DNA of 52,949 nt from Polyangiaceae bacterium (GCA_046351395.1 JAXLYP010000017.1:193508-246456), one strand, 5' to 3'; shown: positions 7,704-17,639, numbered from the stretch's first letter. Program-made: numbers and translations. Notes: generated by a model from the sequence alone, not told the origin.

Positions 7704-10515
7704 GCGGAGTGTCTCGTGGTGCAGAAGGGAACAGCGACGTCGAGGACGGAATCGAGGCTCGGCGCGTCACCTCCGGCGCCTCGGGTTCGGCCGCGCGATC
7801 GGGAGCTCCAGCGAGGAGGGCGCGGGCGCGCGAGAAGTCGGTCACGTCCGGCTCCTCCCTACAGAGCTCCTCGATCCGCGGGAGCTGACTCGTCATCCCG
7901 AGCTCCGCCGCGTGATAGGCAGCGAACTTGCGGAGGATCGCGCTCGAGCTCCCCAGCATCTGCGCGATCGCCGTCTCGTAGTCGAGATCCACGGATGCAT
8001 GGAACTCCTTCCCGCGCGTGCGTCGCTCGACGTCGTCGACGTCATCGACGAGCCCGATGACGGCGTCGCGCAGCGGATTCTTGAGGACGATGTGGATGAG
8101 CTCGACGGCGGTCGCGCGGTGCTCCTTCCCGCCCCGCTCGATGCTCGTGAAGATCGCGTCGATCTCCTCGTTCGGGTTGAGCAGCGCCAGCAGCCGGAAC
8201 ACGCGACCCACCATGTGTCGCTGCTTGTCTCGCAGCAAATCCACGAGCAGGCCGTGCCCGACCGTCGCTCGGCGTGGGTCCTCCTCCCGCCCGCGCCGGA
8301 GCGCGACGAACCGATCGAAGGACCGGTAGGCGCGGGCGACCGTGCGCTGGATCTCCTCCCCGAGGAGGCGCTCGTCGAGGCGCGTCTCGGGCCGCGCGAC
8401 GACGATCTGTCCGAGCGCGAGGATCGAGCGATACCGCACCATCCCATCGGGCTCCTGTCCGAGGTTCGCGAGCAGGATCTCGGGCGCCTCGGGCGAGTCG
8501 ATGTCCGCGAAGAGGCTCGGCACGAGCCTCCGCACCGCCCGCGGGCGATCCCGATCGCGGAGCGCGCGGACGATCGCGCCCGCGCCCGCGGGGCCCGCGG
8601 CGCTCAGCGCGAGGCGGACGTCCGCGCCCACCTGACTGTCTGCGAGCAGGTCGACCAGGGTGTTCGCGGACGTCTCGGTCGCGAGCCCGCCGAGCGCCGC
8701 GATCGCCGCGCGGCGGACGTCGAGCTCGCGCGCGCGCGTGAGCTCGACGATCTCGGGCTCGAAGCGGGTCGCCTTGCGCCAGCCGACGACCTCGGCCAGG
8801 AGGCGCCGGCTCTCCACGCTGCCCTCCGAGACGATCCGCCCGAGCTCGTGGTGAGCCTCTTCCGCCTCCATCATGGAGAACGCAGCCATCGTCGTGAGGA
8901 TCGCCGCGCGGATGTCCGGCGAGGTCTCCCGCGCGAGCTGCTCTCTCCACCGCGTCGCGTCCGGCGCGAGCACCGCGCGAGCGGCCATCGCCTCGGCGCG
9001 GACGCGGATGGAGGGGTGGCGATCCAAGTGGGTGAGCGCGTGGAGCGCGACCTTCCGACCGCGCACGCCGAAGATCCGGAGCGCGGTCACGACGACGGTC
9101 TCCGACGGGTGATACAGGATGAGCCCCGGGATGACGTGGGCCTTCCCCTCCCGATCCAAGATCCGTAGCGAAGACACGACCGTGCTCTCCGCTTCGCTCT
9201 CGAGCGACTCGAGGAGCGACTCGAGGGAGGCCATGTCGAGCCGCATGAGCGCGCCCGCGAGCCGCCTCCGACCGGACGCGAGGGCGTCCTTGAAGAGCTG
9301 CGCGTAGTCGCCTCGGAGCCATGTCGCGAGGACGACCGCGCCCGCGGCCGTGACGACGAGGAGGACGGCGAGCCATCGCGGTGGCAGCTCGGTCGCCACC
9401 CCGACGAGGATGACGACCGAGCCCACCATCTGGGCGCCCCGTTGACCGAGCGCGTCCATGAAGCTCTTGGCGACCGTCCGCGGACCGTCCTCGAGGGGCA
9501 CGAGCAGGAGCTCCGCGGCCGTGCGGTGCACGCTGAAGCGCATGCTGCCGTCCACGGCCTTCGTGATCACGGCGGGCGCGAGCGTGCCCGTGATCGCGAC
9601 GCCGAGGCCCCCGGCGACGAGCCCGAACGGCAGCACCGCGAACACCAACGGGAGAGGCAAGCGCGCGACGAGCGATCGGACCGCGAACACCTGAACGCAG
9701 ACCGAGATCACGTTCAGGACCACGTTCACGCGGCCGAACACGCGCGCGAGCTGGTCGTGCGCGAAGTGGGCGGTGATCTGCGACTTGAAGATGAAGTCCG
9801 AGATCGTGACGGCGATCGTGATGAGGCCGCAGACCGCGACCACCCGTCGGATGTAGGGGTGGCGAAGGGCCGTGCCGAGGCGCTCGCCGAGCGTCCCGTC
9901 GCGCCCGTCGTGCTCGCCGTCGCGCGCGCGTTCGTCGAGGCCGCCGCTCGAGAACAGCATCGGCATCCAGGCGGCGCCGAAGAACAGCACGCCCGCGAAG
10001 AGGGAGAGGTTCGCCGGCGCGACCCACGTGACGAGCCCGACCGCGCCGCTGCCGAGGATCGCGCCGAGCCCGGCTCCGAGCCCGATCATCCCGTAGAGCC
10101 GTTTGGCCTGGCGAATCGAGAAGAGCCCTCCAACGAGGGACCAGAAATGGATGAGGACAATCGTCGAGAGGACGCCCGACCAGATGTAGAAGACATAGAG
10201 CCCGACCTCACCCAGGCTCGGCAGCGCACGGGAGAGCGCGATCGTCCCGAGCGACGAGGCGACCGTCCAGCCGATCAGCACGCGCCGCGGCGTCGTGCGC
10301 CGGAACACGGCTTGGGCGCGCGTCGCGACGAGCGTCGCGGCGGCGAGCGCGACGTACACCCAAGGGAGTCGGCTCGTCGGGATGTGGGCGAGGAACATCG
10401 CGTCGCGCGTCGCCTCGAGGATGCTGTGGCCGGCCACGAAGACGAACAGGAAGACAAAGGCGGTGATCGCATCCCGCCGCTCCGATCGCCGCACCGGGAA
10501 GAGCCGCCGCAGCAC
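7693..10515 (-). CDS. TLC/Npt-family nucleotide transporter (ATP/ADP-translocase family) fused to C-terminal HEAT/PBS-lyase-like repeats
   Basis: N-terminal ~430 aa polytopic with TLC-like start (FLFVFVAGHSILEATRDAMF...); C-terminal ~500 aa alpha-helical repeats. GTG start 1 nt after the upstream gene's stop. Confidence 0.75.
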   Translation of the reverse strand: MLRRLFPVRRSERRDAITAFVFLFVFVAGHSILEATRDAMFLAHIPTSRLPWVYVALAAATLVATRAQAVFRRTTPRRVLIGWTVASSLGTIALSRALPSLGEVGLYVFYIWSGVLSTIVLIHFWSLVGGLFSIRQAKRLYGMIGLGAGLGAILGSGAVGLVTWVAPANLSLFAGVLFFGAAWMPMLFSSGGLDERARDGEHDGRDGTLGERLGTALRHPYIRRVVAVCGLITIAVTISDFIFKSQITAHFAHDQLARVFGRVNVVLNVISVCVQVFAVRSLVARLPLPLVFAVLPFGLVAGGLGVAITGTLAPAVITKAVDGSMRFSVHRTAAELLLVPLEDGPRTVAKSFMDALGQRGAQMVGSVVILVGVATELPPRWLAVLLVVTAAGAVVLATWLRGDYAQLFKDALASGRRRLAGALMRLDMASLESLLESLESEAESTVVSSLRILDREGKAHVIPGLILYHPSETVVVTALRIFGVRGRKVALHALTHLDRHPSIRVRAEAMAARAVLAPDATRWREQLARETSPDIRAAILTTMAAFSMMEAEEAHHELGRIVSEGSVESRRLLAEVVGWRKATRFEPEIVELTRARELDVRRAAIAALGGLATETSANTLVDLLADSQVGADVRLALSAAGPAGAGAIVRALRDRDRPRAVRRLVPSLFADIDSPEAPEILLANLGQEPDGMVRYRSILALGQIVVARPETRLDERLLGEEIQRTVARAYRSFDRFVALRRGREEDPRRATVGHGLLVDLLRDKQRHMVGRVFRLLALLNPNEEIDAIFTSIERGGKEHRATAVELIHIVLKNPLRDAVIGLVDDVDDVERRTRGKEFHASVDLDYETAIAQMLGSSSAILRKFAAYHAAELGMTSQLPRIEELCREEPDVTDFSRARALLAGAPDRAAEPEAPEVTRRASIPSSTSLFPSAPRDTPHAS

Positions 10516-10516
10516 G

Positions 10517-11965
10517 TCAGAACCCCGTCGTCCCGCCGACGAGGAACCGGACGCTCTCGGGCTCGCCGCCCTCCGCGAACGGCTTCGTCCCGAAGCCCAA
10601 GAGGAGGTTCAACGCGTGGTCACGGTGATTCGGCGATTGGAACCCCCCGACGAACGAGAACCGGAGTCGCTCGAGTTCGAAGTCCTCGAAGTCGCGCCCG
10701 AACACGTTCCCCACCTGCGCGCGGAGCGTGGCGTCGACGAACGACCAGATGGGCCAGGTGTACGTGACGCTCGCCGCGGCGGACGTCTCGCCGAGGAGGC
10801 GCCCGGGGGTGAAGCCGAGGAGGGGCTCGTCGTCGGGCACGCGATCGGTCCGACCGCTCCCGATGAGCTCCGTGAACGGCACGCGCGCCGTGCTCGAGAA
10901 GGGCTCGATCGCGCGGACGTCCACGAGGAGCCCGAGCACGCGCCGCGTCCCCGTGACGTCGATGAACCCGCCCACGGACCCGCCCACCTGCGCCCACTCG
11001 ACGTGCGACCCGACGTCGCTCCCGAGCTCGGCGTGCGCGTCGAGCCCGACCCCGGAGCCCGGCCCTGGGCGCGGCTGTCGCGAGTCGAGCACGACGCGCC
11101 CACCGACCTTCACCGCGGTGTATCCGGCGAACCCGTCGGGGAGGGGATAGAGCCCTCGAGCGACCGCGCGGGAGATGGGCAGCGTAGGACACTCGTGTGG
11201 CCATACCGGGCAGCTCTCGTCGGAGAACGAGTGGTGCCGGACGACGGCCCAAGCCTCCACGAAATTGGCCTTTCGCGGCTCCACGTGGGTCCGAATGCCG
11301 CCTCCGACCGAGCGCTGCTCGAACCTCGACTCGTCCGCGTAGCGAGACCGGTACCCCACACCGTAGAACAGGTAGTCGGCGCGGACGACCCCGTCCGCCT
11401 CGAGCTGCAGGTTGGAGCGCACGCGGTGAGAGCCGTCGGGTTCGACCTCGACGTCGAGCGGGACGCGGTCGACCACGCGAGCTGCGAAGTACCTCTCGCC
11501 CCCCGTCGCGACCGACGCGCGGAGTTGATTGTCTGTCACGAGGAAGTCGTCGTAGAAGTGGTAGAGGCCGACGCTCGGACGAAAACCGAACTCGTAGAAC
11601 GCCGTCGGGATGAGGCCCACGTTGTGGTGAGGGCCGAACGTGAAGAAGTCGGTCACCTTCGCCACGATGCCCTCGCGGTCGATCACCGTGGTGATCGCGC
11701 CGAGGGGGCGCCGGATGACGTAGTCCGAGACCACGTAGAGCGGCGCGAAGAGGACGCGGGGGATCCAGAGCGCGCCCTCCGCCGCGGTCGTCTCGCGCGG
11801 TCTGCCCTCGTAGTCCTGCGGTGGGCGCTTCTCTCCGGGCGGCCGGGATGGATCCTCGGGGAGCACGGCGGGGTGCTCGGGGACGTCCCCCCGCGCCGGG
11901 GGCGCCGCCGCGAGGGCAGCGCCGAACGCGAAGACCATGGCACCGAGCGCCTTGGGCGAGTTCAT
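10517..11965 (-). CDS. secreted beta-barrel-like protein with C-terminal Phe (paralog of 23156..24616)
   Basis: Signal peptide MNSPKALGAMVFAFGAALAAAPPARG. Ends ...LRFSFVGGFQSPNHRDHALNLLLGFGTKPFAEGGEPESVRFLVGGTTGF*, nearly identical to the paralog's C-terminus. ATGA overlap with the upstream lipoprotein gene. Confidence 0.7.
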   Translation of the reverse strand: MNSPKALGAMVFAFGAALAAAPPARGDVPEHPAVLPEDPSRPPGEKRPPQDYEGRPRETTAAEGALWIPRVLFAPLYVVSDYVIRRPLGAITTVIDREGIVAKVTDFFTFGPHHNVGLIPTAFYEFGFRPSVGLYHFYDDFLVTDNQLRASVATGGERYFAARVVDRVPLDVEVEPDGSHRVRSNLQLEADGVVRADYLFYGVGYRSRYADESRFEQRSVGGGIRTHVEPRKANFVEAWAVVRHHSFSDESCPVWPHECPTLPISRAVARGLYPLPDGFAGYTAVKVGGRVVLDSRQPRPGPGSGVGLDAHAELGSDVGSHVEWAQVGGSVGGFIDVTGTRRVLGLLVDVRAIEPFSSTARVPFTELIGSGRTDRVPDDEPLLGFTPGRLLGETSAAASVTYTWPIWSFVDATLRAQVGNVFGRDFEDFELERLRFSFVGGFQSPNHRDHALNLLLGFGTKPFAEGGEPESVRFLVGGTTGF

Positions 11966-13779
11966 TGGAGGGCCGCGCCCGGCTCGTCGGGCCTCTGGAT
12001 GGCGACCATCTTGAAGTGGGAGGACGCCCCGAGATCGTACAAATGAACGCGCAGCGGACCCCGCGCCGCGCCGTTCGAGACGTCGAGCACCGCGTATCGA
12101 AGGGGGTGATCGTCGGGCAGCGAGCGGTCGTCCACGACGCGCGGTAGATCCACGCAGACCGTCGCATCGTCGCCGAGGCTGACGGGGAGGGCCTTTCGCT
12201 GGTCGAGGTCGAGCCCCGTCCGGAGCTCGGCGGCGTACGTGAACCGCGTCCTCGGCCAGGTGGTCGTCTTGTGCGCGAGATCGGTCGCGCAGACGCGGTC
12301 GCCCTCGACGGTCACGTCCGCCAGCGGGGATACGACGCTGAAATACCGCGTGAGGATCTCGTCCCTTCGTTGGATGAGTGTCCGCGTGAGGAACTCCGTC
12401 GCGCGAGGGTCCGTGTAGTCGCCGACCCGCACCGCGGCCGCGATGTTCGCGTCGGTGAAGCGCGACAGGATGCGCGCCGCCCACGCGCCGTCCTCCTCCG
12501 TCATGCGAGCGAACGCGGGGTTCGGGTAGCCGCCCTTCCAGTCCTCGGGCACGAAGTCCGGCCTGAAATAGTCGAACATCGGGAGCTCGGTGTTCGCGAC
12601 GGGCCGGTCCCATGGGCGCTCGAACGAGCCGAGCGTCAGGAGGTCGATCGCCACGTCCTCCGGATCGAAGTAGTAGCTGTGGTTGATCCTCCGGTTCCAG
12701 CTCTCCCATTGCCAATGGCTGCCAAAGCAGTCCCCGAGGTCGATGTACCAATGTGTCGTCCGCCCCGGAGAGGAGTCCTTCGACTCGGGGTCCACGGCGT
12801 CCCAGGTGGTCATCGTGTTTTGCTCGCGCGAATCGAAGTGCCCGAGCCACGCGGCCATGAGCCGCGCTCCGCGGAGATCCCTTCGGTCCTCGTGAGGGAT
12901 GATGTCGTTGGGATCGTCTTCTCGCGTCTCCTCGTACCGGAAGGGGCCGATCGCGCGTCCTGGGAGCCACCGCGACGCCACCATTCGTACGAGCCCACCT
13001 CGCTTCTGTGCGCTGTCGAGGATCGCCTGGAGCTTCCCGTCGTCGAACGGCATTTTGGTGCCCGTATTGTCTGCGTAATCGAGCCCGGGCTCGAGCCTGA
13101 GCCAGGACTTGTCGACGTAGACAATCGTGTCGCACGCGGTCCACCAGCCCGCGGCGTGGTAGAGCCTGGACGCGATGGATGTCGCCCCGGTCGCCTTCTC
13201 GCCTTCGCCCTCGGCGTCTGCCTTCAGCATGAACTTGCCGACGCCCTCGATCTCGACCCGAAAGCCCGGGTTCGCGCCGTTCGCCTTGCCCATGTCGACG
13301 CGCCAGGCGCCCGGTTCGTGCGGGGCCGTGGCGATCGTCTTGTGGCCGCAGCTCCCGCGCGTGATCTCCTCGTCGGTCATCGGCCTCACGCCGATGCGGT
13401 TCGTGAACCAGCTCGAGTCGGGCACCTCGTCGACCGCGTTCACGTTCCGCGCAGCGAAGCCGACGTCCGCGGCGAAGAACTTCACGATGGGCCGGAAGAT
13501 GGTCTTGTCGGCGACGTCCCATAGGAACGGGGACTCGTACTCTTCGGGCCGACAGAGTTGCTTCTTCGCGTCCTTCGGATCGGGGCGACACGGCACTCGG
13601 ACCGCCCGCAGATCCTCGTCGATCCAGACCGGGTCGCGGAGCGGGAACCGCCGGATGCCACCGCACCCCGCGACCGAGGTCGCCGCGCCGCTCGCCAGCG
13701 CCGCGCCGATCACGACTCGGCATGCGGCTCGCAGAATCTTTACGGCCCCCGCCTCGCGATGAGCCCACCGAATCGCCAT
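11962..13779 (-). CDS. secreted lipoprotein with atypical kinase-like motifs (paralog of the split 18997/21043 gene)
   Basis: Signal and lipobox (...ALASGAATSVAGCGG). Motifs LMAAWLGHFDSREQNTM (HxDxxxxN-like) and WYIDLGDCFGS (DxG) align with VLTALIGHQDDIGVNFY and LLSVDNGLAFG of the paralog. ATG at 13779 overlaps the divergent PAP2 start. Confidence 0.6.
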   Translation of the reverse strand: MAIRWAHREAGAVKILRAACRVVIGAALASGAATSVAGCGGIRRFPLRDPVWIDEDLRAVRVPCRPDPKDAKKQLCRPEEYESPFLWDVADKTIFRPIVKFFAADVGFAARNVNAVDEVPDSSWFTNRIGVRPMTDEEITRGSCGHKTIATAPHEPGAWRVDMGKANGANPGFRVEIEGVGKFMLKADAEGEGEKATGATSIASRLYHAAGWWTACDTIVYVDKSWLRLEPGLDYADNTGTKMPFDDGKLQAILDSAQKRGGLVRMVASRWLPGRAIGPFRYEETREDDPNDIIPHEDRRDLRGARLMAAWLGHFDSREQNTMTTWDAVDPESKDSSPGRTTHWYIDLGDCFGSHWQWESWNRRINHSYYFDPEDVAIDLLTLGSFERPWDRPVANTELPMFDYFRPDFVPEDWKGGYPNPAFARMTEEDGAWAARILSRFTDANIAAAVRVGDYTDPRATEFLTRTLIQRRDEILTRYFSVVSPLADVTVEGDRVCATDLAHKTTTWPRTRFTYAAELRTGLDLDQRKALPVSLGDDATVCVDLPRVVDDRSLPDDHPLRYAVLDVSNGAARGPLRVHLYDLGASSHFKMVAIQRPDEPGAALQ

Positions 13780-14649
13780 CCGATCGCCGTGCGCGCGGCC
13801 GAGCTCCTCGGCTCGAGTCCGCTGCTCGTGCTCGCGGGCGTGGGCGTGTTCTCGATCGGGCTCGTCCTCGTTCTCGTCGTCCTCGCGAGGTGGATGAGCG
13901 CGCGGGGCCTCGGCTGGCGGAAGGCCCTCTTTCGACGCGCCGCGCGCGCTGTCGGCGCCGCCCCGAGCGCGCGCGCGAGGCTCTCGCGGCTCGTCCGGCT
14001 CGAGTACGAGCTCGTCCACCTGGGACTTGGGCTCGCGCTCCTCGCCGGGCTGGTCGTGTTCGTGGCGCTCGCGGTCTCCGTCGTCGACGACGGCGCAGTC
14101 GCGGCGTTCGACGAGTCGCTCGCGCGTGCGGTCCACCGATCGACGCCGCCCGAGCTCGTGCGCGTCATGCTCGTCGCGACCTCGCTCGGCGGCGGTGAGG
14201 CCGTCCTCGTCGTCGCGGTGGTCGTCGCGGTGGGGCTCCTGGTGCGGCGGCGATGGCACCTCGCCATCGGCTGGATCACGGCGGAGGCGGGCGCGGGCCT
14301 CTTCAACGCGCTCCTCAAGTCGCTCTATCGGCGCGCGCGTCCCACGCTCGACGATCCGTTCACGAGCGCATCCGGGTGGAGCTTCCCGAGCGGACACTCC
14401 ATGGGGACGATCGTCACCGCTGGGATGCTCGCTTATGTGTTCTCCCGGTTCTACCCGCCGGGGTGGCCGCGCTTCGTGGCCGTCTTCCTCGCGACGCTGT
14501 GGACGCTCGTCATTGGGTTCAGCCGCGTGTGCCTCGGCGTCCACTACGCGAGCGACGTGCTCGGAGGGTTCGCCGCGGGCGCGGTGTGGCTCGTCGTTTG
14601 CGTTTCGGGCCTCGAGGTGGCGTTGCGCCCCAATCGCTCGGCCGTTTAG
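13759..14649 (+). CDS. PAP2-family integral membrane phosphatase
   Basis: KSLYRRARPTLDD ... SFPSGHSMG ... SRVCLGVHYASDVLGG (PAP2 KxxxxxxRP / PSGH / SRxxxxxHxxxD motifs); several TM helices. Confidence 0.65.
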   Translation: MSPPNRHPIAVRAAELLGSSPLLVLAGVGVFSIGLVLVLVVLARWMSARGLGWRKALFRRAARAVGAAPSARARLSRLVRLEYELVHLGLGLALLAGLVVFVALAVSVVDDGAVAAFDESLARAVHRSTPPELVRVMLVATSLGGGEAVLVVAVVVAVGLLVRRRWHLAIGWITAEAGAGLFNALLKSLYRRARPTLDDPFTSASGWSFPSGHSMGTIVTAGMLAYVFSRFYPPGWPRFVAVFLATLWTLVIGFSRVCLGVHYASDVLGGFAAGAVWLVVCVSGLEVALRPNRSAV

Positions 14650-14773
14650 TCCGTCCCAGTCGTGACGTTTTGCCCCGATTCGTGGCGTTGGTGCGCGCCA
14701 GTCTGCCCTCGAGACGGGTGCCGCGCAGTCGCCAAGTCCGTCGTCCCCCATCGAAGAGAACCGAGGCCACGAC

Positions 14774-15790
14774 ATGCCAACCGTCCTGTCGCAACCGCGT
14801 CGTACCGCGCCCGCATTCGCAGCACGTTCGATGTTCTTCGGTGTCTTGATCAATGGGATCGTCCCTTCGTCCGCGCTCGCAGATCCGCAAGTGGACACAG
14901 CGCCGAGCGCTCCGACGGAGAAGGCAACCGCCGCGCCCACGCCGCTCGCCACGAAGAGCGCCGCGGAGAAGAAGCCGGACTCGCTGGATTGGGATCCGCG
15001 TTGGCCGGAGGTGAAACCCTACGAGTACATCCTCACCGGTGTGTTCGCGCTCGCAGCGATCGGTGGACAGGCGATCCCCGGCGGCCCGAGGTGGACGGGG
15101 CACAACGCGTTCGACGACGCGGGCCGCGAGGCGTTGCTCTTGCCGGACTTCGAGGATCAGGAGCGCGCGAAGGACTTCAGCGACGTGGGCCTCGTGATCC
15201 TCGTGAACCAAGCGCTGATCGACAATCTCTTCGTCACGTGGTGGGCGCGTGATCACCCGAAGACCGCATGGCAGCTGTCCGTGATCGACACCGAGACGCT
15301 GGCGTTCAGTATCGGCGTGGACGCGCTCGTCGCCGGCGCGACGGGCCGCGAGCGCCCGTACGTCGAAGCGCTGTGCGATCAGGAGGACCACAAGAATCGC
15401 GGCTACTGCGACGGGAGCAACCGCTACCGAAGCTTCTTCAGCGGACACTCCACGGCCGCGTTCACCCTGGCGGGGCTCACGTGCATCCATCACGCGGAGC
15501 TCGGTATTTACGGCCACCCCGTCGCTGACGCGTTCGCGTGCGGCGGCGCGATGGCGACGGCGACGGGCGTCGCGCTCCTCCGTGTCGCCTCTGATCAGCA
15601 CGATCTCTCGGACGTGCTCGTCGGGGCAGTGTGGGGCACCGCGACCGGGGTCACGCTGCCGTGGCTCCTCCACTACCGGGGCGGGGCGAAGGTCGAAGAG
15701 AAGAAGCCGGACCCGCATGCCGCCGTCGAGGCCCCGCCGCCGGGCGTGGTCGTCACGCCGAGCGGCGCGTACGTCATGGGAGCGTTCTGA
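14774..15790 (+). CDS. PAP2-family membrane phosphatase (secreted N-terminus); alternative start 14831
   Basis: SFFSGHSTAAF and RVASDQHDLSDVLVGAVWG motifs; several hydrophobic helices. Confidence 0.6.
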   Translation: MPTVLSQPRRTAPAFAARSMFFGVLINGIVPSSALADPQVDTAPSAPTEKATAAPTPLATKSAAEKKPDSLDWDPRWPEVKPYEYILTGVFALAAIGGQAIPGGPRWTGHNAFDDAGREALLLPDFEDQERAKDFSDVGLVILVNQALIDNLFVTWWARDHPKTAWQLSVIDTETLAFSIGVDALVAGATGRERPYVEALCDQEDHKNRGYCDGSNRYRSFFSGHSTAAFTLAGLTCIHHAELGIYGHPVADAFACGGAMATATGVALLRVASDQHDLSDVLVGAVWGTATGVTLPWLLHYRGGAKVEEKKPDPHAAVEAPPPGVVVTPSGAYVMGAF

Positions 15791-15793
15791 GCG

Positions 15794-16690
15794 ATGGGGT
15801 CCTCGAGAGAACGCCGATGGAGCGTCGCCGCGCGATCGATCTTCGTGGTCGTGATCGCCGTTCTCACCCGAGAGGCGCGCGGTCAAGTGCTCGACCTCCC
15901 GGACGCGACGACGAACCCGACCGCGCCACCGCGGGACGTGGATCAGAAGCTCCCCTATTGGGAGAGAGGAGAGATCCGGCCATTCACGTCGGCGGTGTTC
16001 GACGTCGGCGGGTTCTTCGTGCGCCCCGAGTTGAACGTCGGCTACGGGCAGCCGCACTTCAACTGGATCGGCGCGGAGATCTTCAGCAAGCTCACGCTCG
16101 GCGGCGTGACGCTCGGAGCGGGCGTCCACGGTCAGATCCCGAACGTCGACGCGCGCCTCGGCGTGCGGTCGTTCCGGTCGGCGGATCAACGCCTGCTCCA
16201 GCGCAAGAACGTGTATCGGGAGTCGGACCCGACGATCCTCGATCAGCCCGCCTCGGCCTACGACAGCGTCGACGCGGATCTCGCGGTGAACGTCCGCGCG
16301 CTCGGAGGATCCGTCAGCTTGGAGACGCGCGCGCTCGCGCTCTTCCAGGTCCCCGACGGATATGACGTCTTCGAGGACGTGTTCCGCGTCGTGGTCCGAC
16401 CGCCGCTCGTCTGGCAGGCGAAATTGACGTATGTCGTCTTCGCGGGCTGGGACGATCGCCTCGCGCTCGGGTTCACGACGGAGCTCCTCGGCGCTCCAGC
16501 GAGAGACAACCTCGTCTTCCGCGTCGGCCCGGTGCTCACCGTCGCGTTGACGGAGCACCTCCAGGCGATCGGCGGCGGCGCCTTCGCGATCCTGTACCAC
16601 GACGATCTCGGCCTCAGCGGGTCGGATCTCGGGCAGATCGGTCTGCGCTACCGTTGGGCGTCGGGAGAGCCTTACCCCGACTTCCCGTGA
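15794..16690 (+). CDS. secreted hypothetical protein (beta-rich)
   Basis: Signal peptide (RWSVAARSIFVVVIAVLTREARGQ); high GC3; no recognisable domain. Confidence 0.5.
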   Translation: MGSSRERRWSVAARSIFVVVIAVLTREARGQVLDLPDATTNPTAPPRDVDQKLPYWERGEIRPFTSAVFDVGGFFVRPELNVGYGQPHFNWIGAEIFSKLTLGGVTLGAGVHGQIPNVDARLGVRSFRSADQRLLQRKNVYRESDPTILDQPASAYDSVDADLAVNVRALGGSVSLETRALALFQVPDGYDVFEDVFRVVVRPPLVWQAKLTYVVFAGWDDRLALGFTTELLGAPARDNLVFRVGPVLTVALTEHLQAIGGGAFAILYHDDLGLSGSDLGQIGLRYRWASGEPYPDFP

Positions 16691-16721
16691 CGGGCGGCCC
16701 TCGCCGAGGGCCGCCCGTGCT

Positions 16722-17639
16722 TCAGAACTGCCCGCCCCAGGAGAGCTGCACGGGCGGCCGCGCGGTGACGAGCGGCGCGGACGCCGCCGCGCTCGTGTTC
16801 GGGCCGTCGACGGTCTGCGTGTAGTGCAGGGCGAGGGGGACCGCGAGGCCTACCCCGTACCCGAAGAGGAAGCCGCTGATCGCGTCGCTCATCCAGTGCC
16901 GATCGGAGATGACGCGCATCCCGGCGATGGTGACGGCGAGGGCCGTCGAGCCGACGCACGCGACGACGTCGGGCGCGCCGCCCCCGTAGAGCGGGACATA
17001 GGCGTGGTGGGCGCACGTCAGCCCCGCGCCGACCGCGCTCATCGTCGCGTGACCGCTGAACCAGCTCGCGTTGACGCCGAAGGAGCCACAGTCGTACGCC
17101 CAGCCTTTGTCTGTTTGGCATCCGATCCCGGCTGGGCGCTCCCGCGCGGCGAGCCGGTGGTTCACGCGCATGACGAGATACGCGATCCCGTAGGCCTCGA
17201 GGTTCATCGCCGTCAGCTGCTGGAGCATATCGAGGTTCTCGTCGATCGCCGGGACGAGGACTCCATCGATGAGGACGGGGTAGGCGGCGCTCACGGCGAG
17301 CAAGACGTCGCTCGCGATCTGAATGCCGCGTCGATCCTTAAGCCGCGGCATCGCGACGGCGTCGCGGGCGATCTCGTCGAACAGGATGGGCCCGATCCAC
17401 CGGGGCTCGATGGGCTGTTCGGTCCCGAACTCGATGATGCCCGCGCCGGTGATCGACAGGGCGGTGAGCGTGTACTCGCCCCACACGACGCGCGGGTGGG
17501 ACTCGTCCCAGTGCAGGCGGTGCTCGTCCTTGGCCTGCGCCGCTGCGCGCTCGCATGGCGCGAAAGCTGCGAGCGCCGCGCCCAGAAGGATCGCGTGTTG
17601 GTGTCTGTGCAGCGAGGAGTTCACCAGGGGATCCGTCAC
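16722..17639 (-). CDS. PAP2-family membrane phosphatase (paralog of 14774..15790)
   Basis: SWFSGHATMSAVGAGLTCAHHAY and RVISDRHWMSDAISGFLFGYG; signal peptide; ends in Phe. Confidence 0.65.
   Translation of the reverse strand: MTDPLVNSSLHRHQHAILLGAALAAFAPCERAAAQAKDEHRLHWDESHPRVVWGEYTLTALSITGAGIIEFGTEQPIEPRWIGPILFDEIARDAVAMPRLKDRRGIQIASDVLLAVSAAYPVLIDGVLVPAIDENLDMLQQLTAMNLEAYGIAYLVMRVNHRLAARERPAGIGCQTDKGWAYDCGSFGVNASWFSGHATMSAVGAGLTCAHHAYVPLYGGGAPDVVACVGSTALAVTIAGMRVISDRHWMSDAISGFLFGYGVGLAVPLALHYTQTVDGPNTSAAASAPLVTARPPVQLSWGGQF

Noticed and set aside
8042-12167. ORFs 8042..10027(-), 10295..12046(+), 10620..12167(-), 10517..13768(-) upstream part, 12271..13524(+)
   Set aside because: Arg/Gly/Pro-rich junk translations. 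They overlap well-supported genes (TLC transporter, barrel protein, lipoprotein) in other frames or strands. Only the C-terminal 482 aa of the 10517..13768 ORF is real.
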